Assembly (NCBI GenBank): GCA_046328905.1
Contig: JAXLVP010000001.1
Coordinates: 2,030,731 to 2,094,730, forward strand
Reading direction: 5' to 3'
DNA from: Bdellovibrionota bacterium
GTDB lineage: Bacteria > Bdellovibrionota_C > UBA2361 > SZUA-149 > CAZDWZ01
Length of the DNA stretch: 64,000 nucleotides
Shown here piece by piece: positions 49,541 through 59,368 of this stretch. Numbering within the stretch: the stretch's first letter is position 1; each line of letters opens with the position of its first letter. Both the position numbers and the translations under genes were made by a program. The notes beneath the pieces were generated by a model. It worked only from the letters and a program-made list of their open reading frames with translations. It was not told the DNA's origin and made no database searches.

Positions 49541-51364
49541 ATGAACGCGTCTGGTACTGGGAACGACCACCGAAAAACGGCCGCCCTCTTTGCATGTTTG
49601 TTCCTGGCCTACATCTACAAACAGATGGTTTGGGACGCCTACTTCAATCAGCGGCCACAAGGCGCGCCGCAGACCCAGGCCGTGCCCGCAGCAACCACCG
49701 CCGATGGAAAGCCGAATCCGACACGCTTTGCAGAGCCGACTGCCCCTACTTTTCAGCCGAGCCCAACATCGGGGCAGCAGCCCAGCCCAATGGCGGCGTT
49801 GTCACCCACCGCTCCGCAGCCTGATGCAGCTGTTCCAGCACAGTATCCAAGCGACGCTCAGATAGATTCCGCCGGCAGTGTCGTGGTCGAGACCGATACT
49901 CTGCGAGTGAAGGTTTCGCTTCTCGGCGGCCGGGTGACTCGTTTGGAGCTGAAGAACTATCTCGGGACCCTCGAAGAGAAGAAGCCGCTCAATCTGATTG
50001 AGCACACGGAGTTTGCTCCCTACCCGCTCGGTGTCTACGCCGGAGCGGTGAACGACGCCTGGGTGAAATATCAACTCACTTCGGGGCAGCAGGTATCTTC
50101 CGGGGCGGAAACTCCTGTTCAGGTGCCCGCGGACGGGGATTCTACGTTCGTCTTTCAGGGTCAGCTTCCGGACGGGCGTCAGATTCAGAAGACGCTTACT
50201 TTTCACAGTAAGGACTACTTCCTCGAGACTTCAGCGAAGTTGAGCCAACCCTCTCCTGACGCGTCGAGAATTGCGGTCGAATGGACGAATCTCGTCGCGC
50301 ATCCGGCTGACCCCTACAACCCTGCGGGCTTTGTTTGGTTCGACGGCCAAAAGGCCCTGCGCGAGCCGTTCGGCAAGCTCGAGTCCAATGACCTCGCTCT
50401 GCCAAATATTTCGTGGGTCAGCATGGGCGATAAGTACTTCATGACGTCGCTCATCTCAGATGACGGCTCGGCCCCCGGCCGTGCGATGAAAACGGACGAG
50501 CTGTTTCGCGCGCGACTCTACGGAACGGATACGGAGAAGCGAGCGAAGGTCTTCGCCGGTCCGAAAAGCTATCGGCTGCTCGAAGCATCCGGTTACGAGC
50601 TGAAGCGCAATATCGACTTCGGCCGGACGGCAATTATTGCGGCTCCACTGCTCGGACTGCTTCACTTGCTGCACGATACTCTCGGAAACTACGGGTTGGC
50701 GATCGTGATGCTCACGATCATCGTGAAGCTTGCGATGTATCCGCTCACCGCGAGCTCCTTCAAACAGATGAAGGCGATGCAGGATCTCGCTCCGGAAATG
50801 AAGCGGATCCGCGATAGCGGCAAGGACAAGCAACAGCAGCAGCTCGAGACGATGGCGCTTTACCGCGAACGGGGGGTCAATCCGCTCGGTGGTTGCTTCC
50901 CAATTCTGGTGCAGATGCCGGTCTTCATCGGCCTGTATTCGGCGTTGCAGCTCGATATCGAGCTGCGCCACGCACCTTTTGCGTTGTGGATTCATGACCT
51001 TTCGGCGCCCGAGAAGCTCCATCTCGTAGGGTTCAGCATTCCCGTGATGGTGATCCTGTTCGTGATCTCCATGTTGGTTCAGCAGTGGACGACTCCGACC
51101 TCGGTGGACCCCTCACAGAAACGCGCGATGCTGATTATGCCGCTCGTTTTCGGCTGGCTCTTCGCGAAGAGCCCGGCCGCGCTCACGCTTTACTGGCTGA
51201 CGAACAACCTCATTTCCATCGGGCAGCAGGCGGGCTTCCGCAGCAAGAAAGCGGCAATGGATTCGGTTGACGGCGATCAAAAGTTGGCGTCGCCGCTCAA
51301 GCTCACGATTCTGATCGCCGGCTCGGTATTCCTCTTTGCTTGGTTGATGACCAAGCTCGGTTAA
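49541..51364 (+). CDS. yidC: Membrane protein insertase YidC (Pro/Gln-rich N-terminal linker)
   Basis: A periplasmic domain and a 60-kDa IMP core (YPLTASSFKQMKAMQDLAPEMKRIR, GGCFPILVQMPVFIGLY). Confidence 0.95.
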   Translation: MNASGTGNDHRKTAALFACLFLAYIYKQMVWDAYFNQRPQGAPQTQAVPAATTADGKPNPTRFAEPTAPTFQPSPTSGQQPSPMAALSPTAPQPDAAVPAQYPSDAQIDSAGSVVVETDTLRVKVSLLGGRVTRLELKNYLGTLEEKKPLNLIEHTEFAPYPLGVYAGAVNDAWVKYQLTSGQQVSSGAETPVQVPADGDSTFVFQGQLPDGRQIQKTLTFHSKDYFLETSAKLSQPSPDASRIAVEWTNLVAHPADPYNPAGFVWFDGQKALREPFGKLESNDLALPNISWVSMGDKYFMTSLISDDGSAPGRAMKTDELFRARLYGTDTEKRAKVFAGPKSYRLLEASGYELKRNIDFGRTAIIAAPLLGLLHLLHDTLGNYGLAIVMLTIIVKLAMYPLTASSFKQMKAMQDLAPEMKRIRDSGKDKQQQQLETMALYRERGVNPLGGCFPILVQMPVFIGLYSALQLDIELRHAPFALWIHDLSAPEKLHLVGFSIPVMVILFVISMLVQQWTTPTSVDPSQKRAMLIMPLVFGWLFAKSPAALTLYWLTNNLISIGQQAGFRSKKAAMDSVDGDQKLASPLKLTILIAGSVFLFAWLMTKLG

Positions 51365-51377
51365 CCGGAGCATCGCT

Positions 51378-52787
51378 GTGAAGGCCGATCCGCATCCGTT
51401 AGGAACTTCGGTCGATACGATAGCCGCTCCGATTACCGCCCATGGACGCGCCGGAGTTGCTGTAGTTCGCATCAGCGGGCCGCTCGCAGCTCCGGTGCTC
51501 GCCCAGATCTCGCCGCGTGCGAGTCTCATCACCGCCCAGCCTCGAACGCTCGTCATGACTCCCTTTCTCGAGGGACAGATTACGGGCGCCGACCATGTGC
51601 TCGACTACGGGCTCGCCGCTTATTTTCCAGCTCCAAACAGCTTTACCGGCGAAGACTGCGTCGAGCTGAATCTTCACGGGAGCCCCTATTTGGTTACTCG
51701 GTTGATGAGCATCCTCGCCGAGCTGGGTGTTCGTTCGGCGAAGCCCGGTGAGTTCAGTGAGCGTGCATTTCTCAACGGGAAGCTGGATCTCAGTCAGGCT
51801 GAGGCAATCGCAGACCTCATCGCCGCGGACACAGAGATCCAAGCCCGTGTCGCGCGGGAGCAGCTCGAGGGTCGCCTTTCGAAGGCGCTCAGCGATCTGG
51901 GGGAGCCGCTCAGAAATCTTCTCGCCGAGATTGAGGCGCACATCGATTTCCCCGATGAGGATATCGAGCCGTTGACGTATTCGGAATGGACAAGCGCTCT
52001 GCGCGCGATAGAAGGGCAAATTGAGGCCTATCTTCGCTCGTTCGCATATGGGCGACTGTGCCGTGAGGGCGCGCTCGTCGTGCTCGCAGGGGTTCCAAAC
52101 GCAGGGAAATCAAGCCTGCTGAACCGGCTTCTGGGCGAGGATCGAGCGATCGTCACCGCCGTGCCGGGAACAACCCGGGATAGTATCGAGGAGCCTGCGT
52201 CGCTGGGCGGGCTGAGAGTTCGATTCTGTGACACGGCCGGCCTTGCGACAGAGCATCGGACACCCGACGAGGTCGAGCAGCTCGGCATCGAGCGGAGCTG
52301 GAAGAAGCTGACCCAAGCCGACCTGGTGCTTTATGTCTTTGACATTTCGACCGGACTTGATGCCGAGCTCGATATCGTTGAAGGGGTCCGTCAATCAGCT
52401 CGAAAGGTGATGCTCGTCGCCAATAAAGCTGACCTCGTTTCGAATGCTGGAGCGGGTAATCTCCCGTCGGGCTCCGATGCCCGTCTCGTCTCTGCCCAAA
52501 ACGGCGAGGGAATCGCTCAGCTCGCTGATGCGATCGTGGCCGAGCTGCTCGGCGATGACGCCCAGTCGGACGCTCTGCTGATAACCAATCAGCGGCATTT
52601 CGAAGCGCTCAGAGGCGCGGACCGGGCACTCAAAGACGCCTTGGTAGCGCTGCAATCCTCGACTCCGGCAGAGTTCGTGGCGGTCGACCTCAGGGCGGCT
52701 CTCGGCGCCCTCGAAGAGATCATCGGCAGCACACCGACCGAGGATATCTTGGGCCGCATCTTTTCTAAGTTCTGTATCGGAAAGTAG
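51378..52787 (+). CDS. mnmE: tRNA uridine-5-carboxymethylaminomethyl modification GTPase MnmE
   Basis: G-domain motifs (GVPNAGKSSL, DTAG, NKAD) and the C-terminal CIGK tetrapeptide. Confidence 0.95.
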   Translation: MKADPHPLGTSVDTIAAPITAHGRAGVAVVRISGPLAAPVLAQISPRASLITAQPRTLVMTPFLEGQITGADHVLDYGLAAYFPAPNSFTGEDCVELNLHGSPYLVTRLMSILAELGVRSAKPGEFSERAFLNGKLDLSQAEAIADLIAADTEIQARVAREQLEGRLSKALSDLGEPLRNLLAEIEAHIDFPDEDIEPLTYSEWTSALRAIEGQIEAYLRSFAYGRLCREGALVVLAGVPNAGKSSLLNRLLGEDRAIVTAVPGTTRDSIEEPASLGGLRVRFCDTAGLATEHRTPDEVEQLGIERSWKKLTQADLVLYVFDISTGLDAELDIVEGVRQSARKVMLVANKADLVSNAGAGNLPSGSDARLVSAQNGEGIAQLADAIVAELLGDDAQSDALLITNQRHFEALRGADRALKDALVALQSSTPAEFVAVDLRAALGALEEIIGSTPTEDILGRIFSKFCIGK

Positions 52788-52858
52788 AGTCAGCCTCCGC
52801 GCTTTGAGCCTCATGTGGGCGCAAATAGCGATCAGATGCTTGGCGAATGACCTCGAAC

Positions 52859-53242
52859 CTACTTCTTCGCTTTTCCTTCTTCAAACAACGCCGCGAGATA
52901 CTCACGGAGATAGCCGAGATTAACGGGCTTCGGCAGGAACCGCGAAGCGCCGAGCTCCAAGATGTGGTTGATGTCTGCCAGGGGAACCACGCCGGAGACC
53001 ATGATGATCGGCGTGTCTTTGTATTGAGCCGTGCCGCGCATGAGTTGGATGAGGTTTTCACCCGACAGGTCAGGCATCATCATGTCGGTGATGAGACCCA
53101 CGATGTCTGAATTGTCACTGAGAATGTTCCAGGCACGCATTCCCGTCGAGGCTTCGATGGTGCTGTAGCCTTCACTCCGAACTGCTTGGACGAGGACCGT
53201 CCGGCTGGTTAGGTCATCGTCTGCTATGAGAATCTTCTGCAT
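52859..53242 (-). CDS. Standalone response-regulator receiver domain protein (CheY-like)
   Basis: ILIADDD, the phosphoacceptor in LITDMMMPDLSG and the conserved Lys in PKP. The start was taken at the internal Met (MQKILIADDD). Confidence 0.8.
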   Translation of the reverse strand: MQKILIADDDLTSRTVLVQAVRSEGYSTIEASTGMRAWNILSDNSDIVGLITDMMMPDLSGENLIQLMRGTAQYKDTPIIMVSGVVPLADINHILELGASRFLPKPVNLGYLREYLAALFEEGKAKK

Positions 53243-53486
53243 CCTGGTTTTCCTGTTCAAACTGCTGCGCGGCCGCCACCATCCCTGACCGGAATGGGTC
53301 TGACCCTGTTTGGTGAGTCGGTATCTCTCCCTCTTAACGTATATAGATTTGAGCTGTCGAGAAATTCAGGGTAGACCCCTGCCCTGTCATATCGGGTATC
53401 ATCCCCGTTTGGTTCGAGTAATAACAGAATGGGGCGCAGCGCTATCGGTCGTCCCGAAAACTATTACTTCACTGAGACTAGGTACG

Positions 53487-53816
53487 ATGGCTCGTTTGGA
53501 TCGTGAGAAAGCGCTTCGACTCCTCGACGGAGACATGGAAATCTACTCGAAGATAGTGGAAGTCTTCTCCGGAGATGTGCCGGTTCAGTTGAGCGTGCTG
53601 AGCGCTGCGCTCGCAACGAACGACATCAAAGAAGTTGGTCGAGTCGCCCACGCTCTCAAGTCGGCGGCGGCCACGGTCGGAGCCGAAGACCTCCACGCCA
53701 TTCTGTTCAAGCTTGAAAAAGCGGCCGAAGGTCGTTCGCCGGAGTCAATTCATAAGCTCGTTGCCGAAGCGAAGCTGGAAATAGAGGCGGTTCGCGGCGA
53801 GCTCGCCCGCTCCTGA
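53487..53816 (+). CDS. Hpt (histidine phosphotransfer) domain protein
   Basis: An Hpt motif HALKSAAATVGA in a four-helix-bundle-sized (110 aa) helical protein. It is divergent from the receiver gene. Confidence 0.55.
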   Translation: MARLDREKALRLLDGDMEIYSKIVEVFSGDVPVQLSVLSAALATNDIKEVGRVAHALKSAAATVGAEDLHAILFKLEKAAEGRSPESIHKLVAEAKLEIEAVRGELARS

Positions 53817-53871
53817 GCGATAAGAGGGCTGCGACTGCTGCCGAGCCCTGGCGTTGCCCTCAGCCTGTCGC

Positions 53872-54969
53872 TTACTCCGGGACGATTCTCTGCGCCTGAT
53901 TCTCACCGGTCCGCTTCCATAAGTCGGACAAAACCTCCAACATTCCGTTTGCGATTGTGCGCCGATACGGATGGTTCTGCGGAAGCTGCCTCATCAGGCG
54001 CCGATGTGCCGCTGTCATGGAGTGATAGGGCAAACTGGGAAGGAGGTGGTGAAGGGAATGATAGCGAAGCCCAACCGGTGCGAGCAGCGCTGCGATTGAC
54101 CACGGCGACACGACGGAGATCGAATCGAGAAGCTGGTCGGAGAAATCCACTGTCTGGCCAGGATTCGTGTAGCGATGGGCGCAAAGGCTCCGGATGTAGT
54201 TGTAGGCCATGATGAGCACCAGAGACAGATACGTGTTCAGAAACAGCGCCGCTGGGACAATGCTTTTGGACCAGAGCACGACTACCGCACACCAAAACGC
54301 AGTGGCGTAGACCTCCTGCAAAACGCCAATCATCCGTTGTTCCGCGTTTGGAAGCGGCCGAATGTATTTGAGGTTCATGGCAATCGTGCTCATGTGCTGA
54401 ATCACCCAATTGCGAAATCTACCCCCAATCAGAATCGATATCGGACCGAGCACGATGAAACGCACGGCAAGAAGCACCGGGGCGATCCAGATGTTAAGGA
54501 AAAGAGGGACGAGCCAAGCTGCACGGGAACCCAGACCAAGTGGAACATAACGTGGGTCCGAAGCGGTTCCGAACGTGTTGCTTTTGTGGTGATCGAGGTG
54601 TGAAATTCCGTATGTGGAGGTCGGTTGAAAGAGAATGGCACCGCAGAGCATGTTCCAAACGGTCGAGAACGGTCGCACCCAGGGCCGGTTACTGTGCGCG
54701 ATCTCGTGGATGAAGAACAGCGAGCGGTAGAAAAGAAACGAATTCGCGACGAGAGCTAGCACGCGTAGCCCAAACGAAACTTCAGAGCTCGACGCGAACC
54801 ACAGACAGGCCCATGCGAGGGTGATGCTGGCTGTGAAGTCAGCCCAGTAAACAAGCGGTCGAGGCTCGAGAAGGTCGCCGACAATCAGCTTCACCGCCTT
54901 CATGTCGATTGAGCGATCTTCTGCAACTACCGGCTTCTGTAAGGCGTTTTCGTTCGTTCGCGTTGCCAT
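53872..54969 (-). CDS. Membrane di-iron fatty acid desaturase / AlkB-like hydroxylase family protein
   Basis: Three His boxes (FIHEIAH, SHLDHHK, RYHSLHH) and multiple TM helices. It lies 10 bp downstream of the TonB-dependent receptor gene. Confidence 0.7.
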   Translation of the reverse strand: MATRTNENALQKPVVAEDRSIDMKAVKLIVGDLLEPRPLVYWADFTASITLAWACLWFASSSEVSFGLRVLALVANSFLFYRSLFFIHEIAHSNRPWVRPFSTVWNMLCGAILFQPTSTYGISHLDHHKSNTFGTASDPRYVPLGLGSRAAWLVPLFLNIWIAPVLLAVRFIVLGPISILIGGRFRNWVIQHMSTIAMNLKYIRPLPNAEQRMIGVLQEVYATAFWCAVVVLWSKSIVPAALFLNTYLSLVLIMAYNYIRSLCAHRYTNPGQTVDFSDQLLDSISVVSPWSIAALLAPVGLRYHSLHHLLPSLPYHSMTAAHRRLMRQLPQNHPYRRTIANGMLEVLSDLWKRTGENQAQRIVPE

Positions 54970-54979
54970 AGGTGTTAGC

Positions 54980-57058
54980 TCAATAATGGAGGGTTGCTTT
55001 GGCGTAAAAGCCTCGTTTGATCTCGGTCTCGGGCGGTCCGAAGATGTTGCCGACAAACTCCTCATGATGATCATGAAGGAGGTTTTGGCCGAAGAGGGCG
55101 AGCTCGAGATTGGGCCGTACATGCCAGAGCACTCCGCTATCGAGCTCCGCGTAACCGTCGATATCACCACTTCCCAGGTGGGACACGTATCGGGGCAGGA
55201 AGCTCAGTTCGAAGTCCTCCGCTACGGTCAGGTATACCCGAGCGTTGAGCTGGTTTCGCGGTGTCCCTTCCTCGATGAGCAGCTTGTCGCCACTATCGGT
55301 GCTGTCTCCCTGGTCAACGCCGATGTCGATGAAGGAATAACCGCCGGCCAGACGGGCCCAGTTTGTCGGATGCCAATCAAGAGAAACTTCAAATCCGATT
55401 GATCTGGCATCAAGGGCATTGTCGAAGAGGACGGGGATAACAACCGTAGGACGATCTGCTCCGGGAGCAGTGCCGAAATACGGTGTCCCGCCCTCGAAGC
55501 TGTAGACATCCGAGTAACGATTGTAGAAGGTTGCAAAGTCGACAGAAACCTCCGGAGACAGCTGCGATCGCGCTCCGAGCTCGTAGGAAAGGACGTCTTC
55601 AGATTCGACCTTCCGGCTGCCGAATGCGGTTACAAGAGCCTCAGGTGAGCCGTCCGAGGCCGGAATTGCGGCGATTGGAAACTGAACGTCCTCAAATACC
55701 AGTGACGGCGGCGCCACGGCGCGAGAGACGGCGAGCCAAATCGAGTTCGCCGAGTCCGGTGTCCAAATCAAGCGTGCGTTCGGCATCACCTCGTTTCCTG
55801 TGGCGACGTTGTGCTCGAACTTCGAGCCGAGAATGAAATGCAGCTGATTTTCGATCAGCGCGATCTCGTCCTGGACAAAGCACGACACAAGGTCTTTTTG
55901 CCGATTCGGGGGATTCGTGCTCTCAGCGAACGTGCCTTCTGTGGCACTCCAAAAGTGCTGATATTCGACGCCGTAGACGACGTCGTTGCCTGCAAACGGT
56001 GTGAAACGATGCTGAAAATCCGCATCGGAAACGTTATAGTCCAGATGGATGATCGTGCTGTCGAGCGTCTGCTGACGATAACTGTAATGCGCTTCGAGCG
56101 AAGAGGTCTGAGTCATTTCCCGCCTCCACTTCACTGAGCCCATACCGCCTTTCCACTTCTCCTGCCCGCTAAAGCTCTCACTATCGACGTAGGGTGGGTC
56201 TAGGGAGGGCGTCTGCGGTCGGATTTCCGTGGAGTTGCCAAATGTCTCCCCCCCGACGAAAAGTGTGTCCTCAGCCGAAAGCTTTGACTCTGCGCGCAAG
56301 CCGCCGGAGATGATTTCCCAACCGTCGTCAGCGTCGCCGCCCGTTTTCAGCTCGTTCGACGCGCGGTCGGCGTATCTTCCGAAGACCCGATACGTGGTGT
56401 CGTCACCGACGGTTCCGCCGTAGCGGAGCGAGCCGAAGCCGCGTTCCTCGTTTCCGCCGCCACCGCTCGCAAGAAGTCCCTGCGTTTGTTTGGTTCGCTT
56501 CGTGATGATGTTAATCACGCCGTTTACAGCGTTTTCGCCCCATAAAGCTGCACCGGGGCCGCGGATGACTTCAATCCGCTCGACGTCGTCGAGGACGATC
56601 TCATTGGTCTCCCAATAGACGCCGTTGGTGATCGGTGAGAACACGCTGACACCGTCGAGCAATACGAGAAGCTTGTTCGCAAAAACTTGGTTGAAGCCGC
56701 GGATGCTGATGGCCCACTTGCTCGACGAAACCCGTGCTACGCTCACGCCCGGCACCAAGCGTAGCGCCTCTGCGACGTGAGTCGCGCCGGAGCGGCGAAT
56801 ATCCTCATTCGTGATCACGTAGACGGCGGAGGCTGTTTCCGAAAGCGTCTGCTCCTTTTTGCCCGCTGATGTGACGACGAGGTCGAACGTCAGCAGCTTC
56901 TTGAGACCGACCTCTGTGAGGTCGCCAGGCAGAGCAGAATCGTCTTGCGTGGCGCTCGGTCCCGGATGGGACGCCGACGAGTCTGATTGTCCCGCGGTTT
57001 GCGCATTCGCGAGAGGTGTCAGGAGCGCTGTCAGCGCAGCTACCGAGAACCAATGCAT
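54980..57058 (-). CDS. TonB-dependent outer-membrane receptor
   Basis: A signal peptide (MHWFSVAALTALLTPLANA), a TonB box / plug domain (LVVTSAGKKEQTLSETASAVYVITNEDIRRSGA...VPGVSVAR...IRG) and a long beta-barrel ending in an aromatic residue (LHY). Confidence 0.85.
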   Translation of the reverse strand: MHWFSVAALTALLTPLANAQTAGQSDSSASHPGPSATQDDSALPGDLTEVGLKKLLTFDLVVTSAGKKEQTLSETASAVYVITNEDIRRSGATHVAEALRLVPGVSVARVSSSKWAISIRGFNQVFANKLLVLLDGVSVFSPITNGVYWETNEIVLDDVERIEVIRGPGAALWGENAVNGVINIITKRTKQTQGLLASGGGGNEERGFGSLRYGGTVGDDTTYRVFGRYADRASNELKTGGDADDGWEIISGGLRAESKLSAEDTLFVGGETFGNSTEIRPQTPSLDPPYVDSESFSGQEKWKGGMGSVKWRREMTQTSSLEAHYSYRQQTLDSTIIHLDYNVSDADFQHRFTPFAGNDVVYGVEYQHFWSATEGTFAESTNPPNRQKDLVSCFVQDEIALIENQLHFILGSKFEHNVATGNEVMPNARLIWTPDSANSIWLAVSRAVAPPSLVFEDVQFPIAAIPASDGSPEALVTAFGSRKVESEDVLSYELGARSQLSPEVSVDFATFYNRYSDVYSFEGGTPYFGTAPGADRPTVVIPVLFDNALDARSIGFEVSLDWHPTNWARLAGGYSFIDIGVDQGDSTDSGDKLLIEEGTPRNQLNARVYLTVAEDFELSFLPRYVSHLGSGDIDGYAELDSGVLWHVRPNLELALFGQNLLHDHHEEFVGNIFGPPETEIKRGFYAKATLHY

Positions 57059-57119
57059 TCGGAGCTTGCGTAAGAAGCGTGGAGAAGGCTTTCCGCGCCC
57101 CGAGGTTTTCCATTGAGCC

Positions 57120-58043
57120 TTATTCATTTCCAGCACGTCGCCGCGGCTCCTCTCCGCTCAGCTTCTCCGACAGCGGTCGGCGAAAAGTTACTAAGATGTT
57201 TCCGCGTGGCGGAAAAAAATATCCGAAAAATGCCTCGAAAAGCAGGCGGGGAGAACGAAACATCACCGACTTTTGCATCGGTTGGACGCAGACGTCGATC
57301 ATTCCGCCGGTGGCGTTGATGTAGGACCACATGTAACGCGTATTCACGGTCGGGATGAGGCTGTCGAAGTAAAAGCGTCTCAGCGTGTGCTGCACCTCGA
57401 GCGAGTGCTCTCTGGCGAGCTCGAAGAGCACGCGACCCGAAAGTATATGCCTGTGGTACGGCTGTGAAAGCTCCATTGCAGGAAATGTCCGGTACTGAAG
57501 CGGAATGTGGTCGGCATTCGGTGTTCCTAGCACCATCAGACCACCGGGCCTGACCCGTCCGACGAGCATGTTGAGAAACTCCCGTGGACTGTCGACGTGC
57601 TCGATGACGTCGTAGGACACGACGGCATCAAACGTTTGAGAGAAGATACCGGGGTCGTTGAACTGCTGAACGAACGAATCGAATCCGAAGACATTGGTAT
57701 AACCCGCCGACCTCAGCACTTGAAGAAAAAGCCCTGCGCCGCAGCCGAAATCGAGAATACGGTCGGTCTTCTTCAGGCCGAATCGCTCGAGCAGACGAAT
57801 TCGATTTGCGTATCCGACACGCGTGTGGAAATCCAATCGGTGATTCTTGAACGGGTATCGGTCGTAGTAGTGCAGCAGGTCGACTTCTTCCTTGGAGTGC
57901 AGAGAACCGCAGTTCGTGCAGCGCCAAACGGTGAAGTGGTCGTTTCGAAAGCAGTCGACGTGGCACGGGATGGAGGCGACATCCGTGGCGCCGGCAAAGG
58001 TGCCCGGATTGTCACAAAGATTACATTCCAGACACTCAGCCAT
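57120..58043 (-). CDS. Class I SAM-dependent methyltransferase with an N-terminal Cys4 zinc ribbon
   Basis: CLECNLC...CTNCGS, then the Rossmann motif ILDFGCGAGLF and an acidic DVIEHV. Confidence 0.7.
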   Translation of the reverse strand: MAECLECNLCDNPGTFAGATDVASIPCHVDCFRNDHFTVWRCTNCGSLHSKEEVDLLHYYDRYPFKNHRLDFHTRVGYANRIRLLERFGLKKTDRILDFGCGAGLFLQVLRSAGYTNVFGFDSFVQQFNDPGIFSQTFDAVVSYDVIEHVDSPREFLNMLVGRVRPGGLMVLGTPNADHIPLQYRTFPAMELSQPYHRHILSGRVLFELAREHSLEVQHTLRRFYFDSLIPTVNTRYMWSYINATGGMIDVCVQPMQKSVMFRSPRLLFEAFFGYFFPPRGNILVTFRRPLSEKLSGEEPRRRAGNE

Positions 58044-59340
58044 GAGCTGCCCTCCGATTGTTTGTTACTTGGCCGCGAGGCTCTGCGCCGGTTACCTCGT
58101 TGAGGATTGAGGGGAAGATCTTTTCCGGTCGATACTCTTCCAGCTCTTTCGCAATTTCCTTTGCGAGATCTCGATGGCGAGTGGAGCGAAGTAGGGCTGT
58201 GAGCGCAGTTTTGAAATCCTCAGCAGATGAGTTGTCCGCCCTGCACAAAATTCCGGCGCCGCAGCGATGAACGTTGGTCATGCACAGGAGCTGGTCCATG
58301 TTCGAAGCGATACCGAGCACGGGTTTTCCTTGAGCGAGCGCTTGGTAGGTGGACGGGCTGCCGCCGTTCGAAATCACTACGTCGGCTCGTTGAGCCAGAG
58401 CTTCACCCGGAAGATATTCAGCGTGTCGAAATCCGCTTGGAATCTGATCGGATGCGATGCGGCCGGCGGTTGCTAAAACGACCTGGCAGTCCAGTGATCG
58501 GAGCGCTTCGAACAGCGTTGGAAGCACTTCCAGCGGCCCCGAAGAGCCGAGCGAGAGATAGATTATCGGCTTCGAGTCAGACAGATTGGACCACCAACTG
58601 GGAAGACCGCATTCGGGCGTCCAAGAAACTGAACCGAGGTAGCGATGTGAGGGCAGCAGCTTCTCGACGGGGGCGATTCCTGGCGTGTCCGAGAAACAGG
58701 TGATATCGCCCCAGGTAAAGCCGGTGAGATAGTTCTCGAACGGAGGAAGGCCATATTCCCGCCTGACCTGGTCGAGCCCTCGGGCCTGCCTTTTCATGAC
58801 CAGCGGAAGAAGCATGTGGAAGAGGCCTTCTGCTGCGCGCACACCGACGCCGCCTTTTAATCGATGGAGCCCCAACGTCCGGATCGGTTCGAACGAGGGA
58901 AGCGGAAATCGGTTTCGTTCTGCAAAAGGACTCCAATACGCGTTCGTCAGGGAGACGTATGGAATACGCTTGACGGTAGCGCTCACTCCGAGCGAAAGCC
59001 GCATGTCGCCCACGACGGCATCAGGCGAGAGCCGTTCGAGCAGCCCGAGATCTTCTTCTGTCCGCGTTCGGACGGTGTCCTCCGGGAAGAGCTCGGCCCC
59101 TTTCGCGAGAATCTCCAGAAACTCTTCGGGCGATGTCGAGTGGACCTTGTGATACGTGCACCGGGTTTCGTCGATGAGGGGTCGGTAGCGCTCGGCGCAG
59201 CAAAAATGCACGTCGAAAAGCTCGCGATCAAGGCACTGCGCGAGCACGTAAGGTCTAACGACGTGGGCGAGAGTCACTCCTTCGCCGAGGAACAAGATTC
59301 GCTTTTTTTGAGCTTTTTTCCGAGGGTCAGCCGTCGTCAC
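58036..59340 (-). CDS. GT1-family UDP-glycosyltransferase (MGT / macrolide-glycosyltransferase-like)
   Basis: A GT-B fold with the C-terminal UDP-sugar binding region (HAEYLPGEALAQRADVVISNGGSPSTYQALAQGKPVLGIASNMDQ, a PSPG-like box). It overlaps the methyltransferase start by 8 bp. Confidence 0.8.
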   Translation of the reverse strand: MTTADPRKKAQKKRILFLGEGVTLAHVVRPYVLAQCLDRELFDVHFCCAERYRPLIDETRCTYHKVHSTSPEEFLEILAKGAELFPEDTVRTRTEEDLGLLERLSPDAVVGDMRLSLGVSATVKRIPYVSLTNAYWSPFAERNRFPLPSFEPIRTLGLHRLKGGVGVRAAEGLFHMLLPLVMKRQARGLDQVRREYGLPPFENYLTGFTWGDITCFSDTPGIAPVEKLLPSHRYLGSVSWTPECGLPSWWSNLSDSKPIIYLSLGSSGPLEVLPTLFEALRSLDCQVVLATAGRIASDQIPSGFRHAEYLPGEALAQRADVVISNGGSPSTYQALAQGKPVLGIASNMDQLLCMTNVHRCGAGILCRADNSSAEDFKTALTALLRSTRHRDLAKEIAKELEEYRPEKIFPSILNEVTGAEPRGQVTNNRRAAHG

Positions 59341-59368
59341 GTGTGGTTCGGTCCAAAAGAGTTTCCGT

